Positions 18,675 through 27,945 of a DNA stretch of 48,698 bases are shown here, piece after piece. The position numbers were made by a program, and so were the translations under genes. This DNA is from a virus (Duplodnaviria; Caudoviricetes). Under the pieces are notes generated by a model. The model did no database searches, was not told the origin of the DNA, and saw nothing but the letters and a program-made list of their open reading frames with translations. The stretch spans positions 1 to 48,698 of IMG/VR virus record IMGVR_UViG_3300030331_006290. One strand, given 5' to 3'. Positions within the stretch are counted from its first letter, which is position 1, and every line of letters begins with the position of its first letter.

Positions 18675-19720
18675 TCAAAGTAAACAATAAATTAAATAAT
18701 TTTCAGGAATACAAGCCATCAAGTAGATCAAGTGACCCTGAGATTAATAAGCTAGATTGGAACGAATGCAGTTTACAATCTAACGATTATTTTTATAAGC
18801 TATTGTCCAAGTCGTTAGATAAAATTGACTACAGCGAATATCCCGACATAAACAATCAGACACTATTAAAGAAGCTCGCATTATATTGTGAAGTAGAAAA
18901 AGAAAATATACAAACATTTAACGGCTCAGATTTTGCATTACATTACATTTTCGCTTGTTTCTTGAACACAGATACAAGGGTTTTGATTTATAACCCCAAT
19001 TATACTCAAGTTGACACTTATGTTCGTTTATATTCTGATAATATAAATTACTCTGAGATAAGTGACCCGTTTGGTGAACATTCTTATAATTTTCAAGAAA
19101 TAGAAAAACATGATGTAATTTATATAAGCAACCCAAACAATCCAACAGGTCATTGTCTTGATCCCTCGACAATCAAGGAGCTACTAAGTCAGCACCCTAA
19201 CAAGCTGTTCATCGTAGATGAGGCTTATTTTGAATTTTCAGGCAAATCTTGTGCAAAATTTGCAAAACAATATAAAAACTTAATAGTTACACGAACTTTT
19301 TCCAAAGGCTTCTCTCTAGCCTCCATCAGACTTGGATATATTTGTGCCTGTGAAGAGTTGATAAGCGTAATTAATAAAATTAGAAACACAAAGGAGGTTA
19401 ATTCGTTCGCCCAAGCATTAGGGGAGGCGGCTTTAGATAATATAGAGGAAACAAATAAAAGAATCGAGAAAGTCAAAGAAAACAAAGAAAAACTAGAATT
19501 ATTCTTACAAAAAAATAGTATTCAATACATCAAATCTGAAGCTAATTTTATTTTGGTAAAAGTAAGCGATAGCGAAAAAATAGTTAGAGATCTAGCTAGC
19601 CAAAAAATTCTAGTCAGAGACAGAAGCATTTTTTCTGGATTTGAAAATACCATAAGAATAACAATAGGAGATTGGCATTTGATCGAAAAAGTAATGAAAA
19701 CAATTTTAAAATATCCTTAA
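18671..19720 (+). CDS. PLP-dependent class I/II aminotransferase (HisC-like)
   Basis: LDWNE, NPNNPTG, VDEAYFEF, RTFSKGFSLASIRLGY, IRITIG. Confidence 0.85.
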   Translation: MIKVNNKLNNFQEYKPSSRSSDPEINKLDWNECSLQSNDYFYKLLSKSLDKIDYSEYPDINNQTLLKKLALYCEVEKENIQTFNGSDFALHYIFACFLNTDTRVLIYNPNYTQVDTYVRLYSDNINYSEISDPFGEHSYNFQEIEKHDVIYISNPNNPTGHCLDPSTIKELLSQHPNKLFIVDEAYFEFSGKSCAKFAKQYKNLIVTRTFSKGFSLASIRLGYICACEELISVINKIRNTKEVNSFAQALGEAALDNIEETNKRIEKVKENKEKLELFLQKNSIQYIKSEANFILVKVSDSEKIVRDLASQKILVRDRSIFSGFENTIRITIGDWHLIEKVMKTILKYP

Positions 19721-20938
19721 ATGAATACTGATAAAATCACCTTGGTTGGTTTGGGAAAACTAGGGCTACCACTATTAACTACTTTTGCCTCTTCTGGACA
19801 AAAAATTCTAGGTATTGATATAGACCAAGAAAAAATAAATAATTTAAAAGAAAAAAAATTACCATTCTACGAGCCAAATTTGCAGGAATATTTGGACAAA
19901 AGTTTTACCAATATAGAAGTTTTTGGAGACTTCTCAAAAGTGGTAGAAGAGACAGATGTAGCTATTATCCTAGTAAACACTCCTTCAAATGCAAATGGGG
20001 AGTTTAGTAATGAATATATTTTTAGTGCCGTAGAGGAAATTTCTAAAGAGCTTAATAATTCTACAAAAGAAGACTTTCTGTTTATTATTAGTTCGACAGT
20101 AATGCCTGAAACTCACGAAGAAATCATCAGCAAAATAGAAAGGATTAGTGGTAGAAATTTAAATGATGGTTTTGGATTGGTTTATGTTCCCGATTTAGTT
20201 GCACTGGGATCTGTGATCAAGGATTTTGAAAATCCTGATTTAGTTATAGTAGGTGAAAGTGATTCAAAGTATGGAGATACAGTAGAGGTTATTTACAAAA
20301 AGATAGTAAAAAACAATGCACCATTCGTAAGAATGTCTTTGTTAGAGGGAGAAATTACAAAAGTAAGCTTAAATGCATACATTACCATGAAAATCAGTTT
20401 TGCTAATTTTATCGGTAATATTGCTGATACATATCAATGCAATCCGCATAATATTACAAAAGCATTAGGTTATGACAAAAGAATTTCCCCATACTACATT
20501 AAAAGCGGATTATCATTTGGGGGAACTTGTTTTCCAAGGGACACTTGGGCATTTATGAAAATGTCCGAAAAAATAGGTCTAGATGCTGTTCATATTAAGG
20601 CTACTCAAACCATAAACGATTTACAAAACGAAATTTTATTTCAAAAGGTTTGTGTTCATAATAATAAAAAAATAGGAATAATTGGCTTATCTTTCAAACC
20701 CGATACATCTGTCACAACAGAGTCAGCTGGTTACTTCCTCTACAACAAATTAAAAAAAGAAAATTACAATGTTGTAGGTTTCGATCCTCTTGTTAAAACT
20801 GACTATATGGCTGACTTAGATCAATTTGTTGAAATTTGTGATGTCCTCGTTATTATTCACAACGACAAAAATTTATACAAAAATATTAATTTTGAAAATA
20901 AAACACTAATTGACCCATGGGGTATATGGGTTTTATGA
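19721..20938 (+). CDS. ugd: UDP-glucose/GDP-mannose dehydrogenase family
   Basis: GLGKLGLP, VNTP, SSTVMP, KISFAN, GGTCFPRD, GLSFKP. Confidence 0.85.
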   Translation: MNTDKITLVGLGKLGLPLLTTFASSGQKILGIDIDQEKINNLKEKKLPFYEPNLQEYLDKSFTNIEVFGDFSKVVEETDVAIILVNTPSNANGEFSNEYIFSAVEEISKELNNSTKEDFLFIISSTVMPETHEEIISKIERISGRNLNDGFGLVYVPDLVALGSVIKDFENPDLVIVGESDSKYGDTVEVIYKKIVKNNAPFVRMSLLEGEITKVSLNAYITMKISFANFIGNIADTYQCNPHNITKALGYDKRISPYYIKSGLSFGGTCFPRDTWAFMKMSEKIGLDAVHIKATQTINDLQNEILFQKVCVHNNKKIGIIGLSFKPDTSVTTESAGYFLYNKLKKENYNVVGFDPLVKTDYMADLDQFVEICDVLVIIHNDKNLYKNINFENKTLIDPWGIWVL

Positions 20939-21156
20939 AAAAAGTTATTGTTACAGGAGGGGCAGGATTTATTGGTTCTAATTTAGTTGATGAATTAATT
21001 TCAAAAGGAATTTCTGTCATTGTTATTGATGATGAGTCTAGCAATTCTAATGATCAGTTTTATTGGAATAAAAAAGCTGAAAAATTACTTGGTTGGACCC
21101 CTAAAGTAAAACTAGAAAATTGGCTCAAACTAAATAAAAATACTTATAGAAATTGA
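20935..21156 (+). pseudogene. Internally deleted NAD-dependent epimerase
   Basis: N-terminal VTGGAGFIGSNLVD joined in frame directly to C-terminal KAEKLLGWTPKVKLENWL; the catalytic core is missing. Confidence 0.8.
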
Positions 21157-21215
21157 AAGTTAATAACACATAATAATTTGATATTTGCACAGATTATATT
21201 TTAAATTAAAAAAAA

Positions 21216-22238
21216 ATGAATAAAACAGCATTAATTTTAGGAGGTGGAGGTTTTATTGGAGGTCACCTCGCAAAAAAACTTAAAAGCGAAGGTTACCATG
21301 TAAGAGCAGTAGACATTAAACATCATGAATATTTTAATTGGTCAGATATATGTGATGAGTTTATAAAAGCTGATTTGACAGATGCAAAAATAGTTCAGGA
21401 TGCTGTTAGAATTTCTTCAAAACATAATTTTGATGAAGTTTATCAGTTAGCTGCTGATATGGGTGGAGCAGGATATATATTTACAGGAGAGAATGATGCT
21501 AATGTCATGCAAAATTCTGCATTAATTAATTTGCACTTAGCAAAAGAAGCTGTAAAACAAAAAGTTGGTAAGGTTTTTTACTCATCTTCAGCATGCATTT
21601 ATCCAGAACACAATCAACTTGATCCTGATAATCCTAATTGCGAGGAATCTTCAGCATATCCTGCAAATCCAGATTCTGAATATGGATGGGAAAAATTATT
21701 TAGTGAAAGGTTATATTTAGCATTTCAAAGAAATTATGGACTTAATGTAAAGATAGCTAGATTTCATAATATCTTCGGCCCCCAGGGGACTTGGCAAGGT
21801 GGAAAAGAAAAAGCTCCAGCTGCCATGTGCCGCAAAGTAGCAGAATGTAATGATGGAGAAGAAATTGAAGTATGGGGAGATGGAAAACAAACTAGATCTT
21901 TTTTATATATTGATGAGTGTTTGAAAGCTATTGAGAGGTTCATGGCTCAAGATGATTTTTCTGGCCCAGTTAATATAGGCTCAGAAGAAATGGTGACTAT
22001 CAATGAATTAGCAGAACTAGCTATTAAATCATCAGGCAAAAACATATCTATAAAAAATCTTTTTGGTGAAGAGTTTGAACAAAAATATGGTCATAAATGC
22101 CCATTAGGGGTGAAGGGTAGAAACTCAGATAATGCTCTTTTTAAAAAACAAATGGGTTGGGATTCACAAAAACCATTACTAGAAGGAGTAAGCTCAACAT
22201 ATAAATGGATAGAAGAGAAAGTTAATGAAAAAAGATGA
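21216..22238 (+). CDS. GDP-mannose 3,5-epimerase-like SDR
   Basis: LAADMGGAGYI, SSSACIYPE, YGWEK, RFHNIFGP, EKAPAAMCRK, GDGKQTRSF, GVKGRNSDN. Confidence 0.85.
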   Translation: MNKTALILGGGGFIGGHLAKKLKSEGYHVRAVDIKHHEYFNWSDICDEFIKADLTDAKIVQDAVRISSKHNFDEVYQLAADMGGAGYIFTGENDANVMQNSALINLHLAKEAVKQKVGKVFYSSSACIYPEHNQLDPDNPNCEESSAYPANPDSEYGWEKLFSERLYLAFQRNYGLNVKIARFHNIFGPQGTWQGGKEKAPAAMCRKVAECNDGEEIEVWGDGKQTRSFLYIDECLKAIERFMAQDDFSGPVNIGSEEMVTINELAELAIKSSGKNISIKNLFGEEFEQKYGHKCPLGVKGRNSDNALFKKQMGWDSQKPLLEGVSSTYKWIEEKVNEKR

Positions 22239-23310
22239 TGTTGTAATTATTATTACTGGTGTTACTGGCCAAGACGGTAGTCTGATGGCAGACTACTTAC
22301 TTAAAAATACAAAACATACAATCATCGGTGGAGTTAGACGATTAAGTGTTAAAAACCATGATAACATATTACACTTAACTGATAATCCAAGATTTTTTCT
22401 TATTGATTTAGATGTTACTGACCCTCAAAATATAGATAAGGTAATATCAGAATACAAGCCTCATTACTTTATAAATTTTGCAGCAAATTCTTTTGTTGCA
22501 AACAGTTGGACTCAACCAGTAAATCACATGATGACAAACTGCATGGCTGTTTTGCATCAACTTGAAGCTATTAAGAAGCACTGTCCAAATTGTAGATATT
22601 ATAACGCTGGATCATCTGAAGAATTTGGAGATGTTGTAGTAGAGCCACAGAATGAAGAGCACCCACTTAGACCAAGAAGTCCATATGGGGCTTCAAAATG
22701 TTCTGCTAGGCATTTAGTAAAAGTATATAGAGATTCATACGGTTTGTACGCGGTTCAGGGTTGGTTATTTAATCATGAAGGCACTAGGAGAGGTTCAGAA
22801 TTTGTTACAAGAAAAATAACTGAAAATGTCGCTCGTATTAATAATGAATATATTAACAAAAAAACTTTTGAACCTTTAAGGCTTGGTAATATCGAATCTA
22901 AAAGAGATTGGAGTGATGCTGAAGATTTTATGGATGGTGTGTGGAGGATGTTAAATCAAGAAAAGTATTGGACTAACATCTGGAAAAAAACACCTGATGA
23001 TTATGTATTATCATCAGATCGAACGCATACGATAAAAGAATTTGTTGAAGAAGCTTTTAATGCAGCAGGATTTCATAGATCAATGTGTAGGTGGGAGGGT
23101 TTAGATGAAAATTGTAAATATTTTCATGGGGATGATTTGTTAATGGAAGTTGATCCAAAATTTTACAGACCAGCAGAAGTTGATTTATTATTGGGAGATT
23201 CAAGCAGGGCTAGAAATGAGCTTGATTGGAAACCTAAAAGTAGTTTTATAGATTTAGTAAGAAAGATGGTTGACAATGACATAAAAATCATTAATTCTAA
23301 GCGTGTCTAA
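22225..23310 (+). CDS. gmd: GDP-mannose 4,6-dehydratase
   Basis: ITGVTGQDGS, SFV, PRSPYGASK, LFNHE, FVTRKIT, RDW, YRPAEVDLLLGD. Confidence 0.95.
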   Translation: MKKDDVVIIITGVTGQDGSLMADYLLKNTKHTIIGGVRRLSVKNHDNILHLTDNPRFFLIDLDVTDPQNIDKVISEYKPHYFINFAANSFVANSWTQPVNHMMTNCMAVLHQLEAIKKHCPNCRYYNAGSSEEFGDVVVEPQNEEHPLRPRSPYGASKCSARHLVKVYRDSYGLYAVQGWLFNHEGTRRGSEFVTRKITENVARINNEYINKKTFEPLRLGNIESKRDWSDAEDFMDGVWRMLNQEKYWTNIWKKTPDDYVLSSDRTHTIKEFVEEAFNAAGFHRSMCRWEGLDENCKYFHGDDLLMEVDPKFYRPAEVDLLLGDSSRARNELDWKPKSSFIDLVRKMVDNDIKIINSKRV

Positions 23311-23650
23311 AAAAACAAAACTTAATAAAAGACAAATCTTAGAAAATCTTTTAATTATCCCAGAAAAAGGTCGTAGACCTTTTTTTTCGCGCGAGATGAA
23401 GCTTTTAAATGACTTATGTTCTAAATATTCGCAAGAATTTATGAGTATAGTTTCTTTTCCAAAAAAATTTGAATCATTAAAATATTTAATTAGCCCTAAA
23501 TTAACAGATACTTTAGACGAAAAGTTTAGAGCATTTAATTTTAAAGTAGACTTTTCAAAATACCCAAACTATAATATCGGCGATAAGTTTGGCAAAGATG
23601 CCAAAATAAAGACTAGTAAAAAAACAATTAGAGATTTTTTAAATGAGTGA
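23303..23650 (+). CDS. Hypothetical protein heading the replication block
   Basis: GTG start, overlaps both neighbours; TTGACA at 23270 upstream. Confidence 0.6.
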   Translation: MSKKTKLNKRQILENLLIIPEKGRRPFFSREMKLLNDLCSKYSQEFMSIVSFPKKFESLKYLISPKLTDTLDEKFRAFNFKVDFSKYPNYNIGDKFGKDAKIKTSKKTIRDFLNE

Positions 23651-24752
23651 AGCACCAGACCCAAACGATATTCTTGGTAATTTTTTAAAATCAAATAAAA
23701 GCGATCATTATAACTTTGAAAAAGCGGTTGACTACAAAGTTTCTAGTGGCTCTTTACAGTTTGATTTAAATATGAATGGAGGCTTTGGACCTGGATTGCA
23801 CCGTTTCACTGGTCTTACAGAAGGGGGTAAGACATCTGAAGCTTTAGAGGTTATGAAAAATTTTTTAAACACTGTAGAAAAACCTAGAGGCTTGTATATT
23901 AAAGCTGAAGGTAGGCTTGCTCCAGAAGTAAGAAAGAGATCAGGTGTAAAGTTTGTGTGGTCGGCAGATGAATGGGAAGATGGTACTTGCTTTGTTTTTG
24001 AAACAAATATTTATGAAACAGCAATGACTTGCATCAAAAAATTAATAGACGATGTAAAAAATCCTCAAAAATATTGTTTTATATTAGATTCTGTTGATGG
24101 TTTGACAGCAAAAAATGATACTGCCAAAGGTTTTGAAGAATTTGCTAAAATAGCCTCTGGAGCCTCTATTGCAGCTAGGTGGTGTGCTCAAACTAGTATT
24201 GCTTTGGGTAAGAGAGGTCATATGGCGATATTTATCAGTCAAGTTAGATCACAAATGAAAGATAAATATTCTAAAGAGCCTGATAATGTAGGTTTGGCTA
24301 CAGGAGGATATGCTTTACAACATTACGCTAATACGTGTATTCAATTTCAGCCAAGAATTAAAGCAGACTTGATTCTTCAAAACCCTAGTTTAAAAGTTGT
24401 AGATGAGAAAAAAAATCCTATTATTGGACACTTTGCAAAAGTGTTGATAGCAAAATCTCCAAATGAAAAATCAAACGTGAGATTGTCTTATCCTGTAAGA
24501 TATAATAGATCTGATGGCACTTCTATTTGGATTGAAAAAGAAATTGTAGATTTGTTATACGCTTGGGAGTTTGTAGAAAAAAAAGGCTCTTGGATCAAGC
24601 CTACAGAAGATTTTAAAGATTTGTTAAAAGAAAATAAATTAGATTTTCCAGAGCAAATACAAGGAGATAACAATTTATTTAAAACTCTTGATGAAAACAG
24701 TAAGCTTTGTGAATTTTTGATAAAGTATTTCAAAAAACAAATTGAAGTATGA
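23643..24752 (+). CDS. recA: RecA/UvsX-like recombinase
   Basis: SSGSLQFD, Walker A GLTEGGKTS, Walker B ILDSVD, FISQVR, TGGYALQHYA. Confidence 0.85.
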   Translation: MSEAPDPNDILGNFLKSNKSDHYNFEKAVDYKVSSGSLQFDLNMNGGFGPGLHRFTGLTEGGKTSEALEVMKNFLNTVEKPRGLYIKAEGRLAPEVRKRSGVKFVWSADEWEDGTCFVFETNIYETAMTCIKKLIDDVKNPQKYCFILDSVDGLTAKNDTAKGFEEFAKIASGASIAARWCAQTSIALGKRGHMAIFISQVRSQMKDKYSKEPDNVGLATGGYALQHYANTCIQFQPRIKADLILQNPSLKVVDEKKNPIIGHFAKVLIAKSPNEKSNVRLSYPVRYNRSDGTSIWIEKEIVDLLYAWEFVEKKGSWIKPTEDFKDLLKENKLDFPEQIQGDNNLFKTLDENSKLCEFLIKYFKKQIEV

Positions 24753-25156
24753 AGTTTGTCGATCAGTACGGTAAACAAAGAAACCTTAAAAATGCAAAAA
24801 AATATTTAATCGATTGGGAAAAACCTAGCAGGAGTAAATTCCAAACAAATGTTAAAAAATTTTTGCGACCATATTGGGAGAATGATATCGTTTTTGAAGA
24901 ATTTAGGGTTGTTGGAAGTAGACTTACTTTAGATTTTTACAATGCCAGTAAAAAGATAGCTGTAGAGGTCCAAGGCGCTCAACATACTAAATTTGTCAAA
25001 CATTTTCATAAAAACCACTTCAAGTATGCTGATCAACTTAAAAGGGATGAAAAGAAGCTTGATTTCTGTAAGGCAAATGCAATAAAGTTAGCAGAGGTTT
25101 ACCCTCAAGATGAGATACAAGCATCATTATTTAAAAATCAAGATATATACCTATGA
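24749..25156 (+). CDS. Small PD-(D/E)XK / Vsr-like endonuclease
   Basis: LDFY...IAVEVQGAQH...RDEKK. Confidence 0.75.
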   Translation: MKFVDQYGKQRNLKNAKKYLIDWEKPSRSKFQTNVKKFLRPYWENDIVFEEFRVVGSRLTLDFYNASKKIAVEVQGAQHTKFVKHFHKNHFKYADQLKRDEKKLDFCKANAIKLAEVYPQDEIQASLFKNQDIYL

Positions 25157-25398
25157 ATATTGAAGATGAAGAAAGTGATTTTCATATACCAAGTGAAATG
25201 GTTGACAAAATATATGAGCTTTCAGGTGGTGCAGATAAATACAAAGGGATTATAATGGCCGTTTCGTCCGAAAATGGTAAGCCATTAATATATAGGAAAT
25301 TTGATTGTGCTATGACTCAGTTAGCTTTAACTAAATGTTTACAAGACTTTTTTGAGAGTTCTGTAATAGAAAAAACAAGTGAAGACGATGAAGAATGA
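25153..25398 (+). CDS. Hypothetical acidic protein
   Basis: ATGA overlaps at both ends. Confidence 0.65.
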   Translation: MNIEDEESDFHIPSEMVDKIYELSGGADKYKGIIMAVSSENGKPLIYRKFDCAMTQLALTKCLQDFFESSVIEKTSEDDEE

Positions 25399-26915
25399 TA
25401 TACTCTTATGAGCTAGAAAAACAGCTTTTGGCAGGTTTACTAAAAGAGCCTCAAGCATTGACAGAAATATGTAGTTTTATAAATATTTCTGATTTTTATT
25501 CTGAGCAATCATCTCTAAATAGCACTATATTTAGAATTATAGAACAAGCTGTAAATGCTGGGGAGGATGTTGATGAAATTATTATTGCTCAAAGAGTTAA
25601 CGACGTAGGCATATCATTTGAAGACAATTTAAATCCCTCAGATTACATAAAATCTTTATCTTTAAGAAAAGTTCCCTCTGGAAACACAATCAAAACAGCT
25701 AAAGAACTTAAGAAATATTCTATTAGGAGAGAGATATTTAAATCATCTAATACCATAGCGAAAAGGATGAAAGGTATGTCACCTGAGTCCTCCTACTCAG
25801 ATATTATTGAAGCCGCTGATAAAATTTATAACTCAAAGATAAATTTATATGAGATTGGTAATGATATTCCTGTGAATATATACGATGATATGGAAAATAT
25901 CATTGAGGCAAGAGGTAATAATCCTATTACTGAGTTTGGTATGCTTGGGCCTCATGAAAAAGTTAATCAAATGTATGGCTCTTTATTAAGACCTGGAAAT
26001 ATAACTGTGGTTGTCGCTAGATCAGGAGTTGGTAAAACTCAGTTCTGCATGGATTATTGTACAAAGGTAAGTTTAAAATATAATGTACCTGTTTTGCATT
26101 TTGATAATGGTGAGATGAGTAAGGAAGAACTTATAATGAGACAATGTTCAGCTTTATCTAATATTCCAATGCATTTGTTAGAGAGTGGTAAATGGAGACA
26201 GGCTGGTGAAAATGTCGTTGAAAAAGTTAGATCTGTCTGGTCAAAAATAAAAGACTTAAAATTTTATTATTACAATGTAGGGGGAATGGATGTTGACTCA
26301 ATGATAAACACATTAAAAAGATTTTATTACTCTAAAGTAGGCAGAGGAAATAAAATGGTTTTTTCTTTTGATTATATTAAAACAACTTCTGAATCCACTA
26401 TCAATAAATCTGAGTGGCAAATTGTTGGTGAGATGGTTGATAAATTTAAAAAATGCGTTCAAAAAGAAATTTTATATAATAGTGAGCCTATAATACCTAT
26501 GATCACTTCAGTTCAATCAAATAGGTATGGGATAACAAACAATAGAAATTCTGATTCAATAGTTGATGATGAATCAGTTGTATCCCTGTCTGATAGAATA
26601 ACACAATTTTGTTCTCACATGTTTATATTAAGAAATAAAACTGCTGATGAAATAGAAAGAGAAGGGGCATCTTTTGGCACTCATAAACTTATAAATGTTA
26701 AGTCTAGACACTTAGGTAACGATATAGCTGGAGCTATAGAGCCTGTTAGAGTTGGAGATACATTAAGAAAAAATTCAATTAATTTAGATTTTAATAATTT
26801 TAATATAACTGAAAGGGGCGACTTAAGGGATATAGCCCGTGTATTAAATGGTGAAATTGAATTAAATACAGATGGAGAGCAACAAGAAATACCAGACTTT
26901 GATCAGCTCGGATGA
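25395..26915 (+). CDS. dnaB: Replicative DNA helicase
   Basis: N-terminal LEKQLLAGLL, ARSGVGKT, GEMS, FDYIK, VQSNR, VKSRH. Confidence 0.9.
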   Translation: MIYSYELEKQLLAGLLKEPQALTEICSFINISDFYSEQSSLNSTIFRIIEQAVNAGEDVDEIIIAQRVNDVGISFEDNLNPSDYIKSLSLRKVPSGNTIKTAKELKKYSIRREIFKSSNTIAKRMKGMSPESSYSDIIEAADKIYNSKINLYEIGNDIPVNIYDDMENIIEARGNNPITEFGMLGPHEKVNQMYGSLLRPGNITVVVARSGVGKTQFCMDYCTKVSLKYNVPVLHFDNGEMSKEELIMRQCSALSNIPMHLLESGKWRQAGENVVEKVRSVWSKIKDLKFYYYNVGGMDVDSMINTLKRFYYSKVGRGNKMVFSFDYIKTTSESTINKSEWQIVGEMVDKFKKCVQKEILYNSEPIIPMITSVQSNRYGITNNRNSDSIVDDESVVSLSDRITQFCSHMFILRNKTADEIEREGASFGTHKLINVKSRHLGNDIAGAIEPVRVGDTLRKNSINLDFNNFNITERGDLRDIARVLNGEIELNTDGEQQEIPDFDQLG

Positions 26916-27945
26916 TTTTCAGCAAACTTTAGAATCTTTAGGTTATAATTTAGTAGACTGCGGTGATCATTGGAGAACTCAAGCTTTATATAGAAACGGC
27001 GACAATAAAACTGCTCTTAAAATATATAAAAATACAGGAGTATGGATGGATTTTGTCGAAAACAAAGGCTCTCAACCCTTTGAATCTCTTGTTAGAGCCA
27101 CTGCATCATTAAGAAATGAAGATTACACATCAATAATTTCAAAAATTAAGTCTGGTACTGTAGAACAATATGTAAAGAAGCAGACTATAGAAATGGAAAA
27201 AGTTTACCCTATAAAATCTTTAGATAAATTATTTCCTAATTATAAATTTTATAATGATAGAAACATATCTGAGGAAACTCAAAAACTTTTTGATGTAGGT
27301 TTAGCTGGTGTTGGTAAAATGTACAGAAGGATGGTCTTTCCAATATTTAATGAGCATCAACAAATTATAGGTTTTTCTGGAAGAAAAGTTGATAATAACA
27401 ATAATTATCCAAAATGGAAACACATTGGAAAAAGAAATAATTGGGTTTATCCAGCTTTTAATGTAAAAACAGGCGTAAACGAAGCCATTGAACAAGATAA
27501 AACAGTAATATTAGTAGAAAGTATAGGAGATGCTCTTGCCCTTTATGAACAAAATTTTAAAAACGTGCTTGTCATATTTGGCTTATGCGTTAACAACAAT
27601 ATCATTAATTTTCTTAGCAGTAAGTGCGTTAATAGTATCTATATCTGTACTAACAATGATGGCAATAGTTCAAAAAATAGAGGACATATTGCAGCTGTTA
27701 AAAACTACCTAAAGCTATCAAAATACTTTGATTTACAAAATTTAAGTATAAAAATGCCTCCAAAATCATATAATGACTTTGGTGATGCTCATTTAGACAA
27801 TTTTGAACTTAAAAATTGGTACTATGAAAGCATAGACCAGAACAATCAACTTCAAAAAATTTTAAAATTTGTCGATAAAAATAATTCATGCTTCACTAAG
27901 AAAGAAATAAAGACTTCATTAGTGTTAAGCAATGAATATTCCTGA
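26872..27945 (+). CDS. dnaG: DnaG-type primase
   Basis: RMVFPIFN..QIIGFSGR...PKW, Toprim ILVESIGDALAL, NDFGD; adjacent to dnaB. Confidence 0.85.
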   Translation: MESNKKYQTLISSDDFQQTLESLGYNLVDCGDHWRTQALYRNGDNKTALKIYKNTGVWMDFVENKGSQPFESLVRATASLRNEDYTSIISKIKSGTVEQYVKKQTIEMEKVYPIKSLDKLFPNYKFYNDRNISEETQKLFDVGLAGVGKMYRRMVFPIFNEHQQIIGFSGRKVDNNNNYPKWKHIGKRNNWVYPAFNVKTGVNEAIEQDKTVILVESIGDALALYEQNFKNVLVIFGLCVNNNIINFLSSKCVNSIYICTNNDGNSSKNRGHIAAVKNYLKLSKYFDLQNLSIKMPPKSYNDFGDAHLDNFELKNWYYESIDQNNQLQKILKFVDKNNSCFTKKEIKTSLVLSNEYS

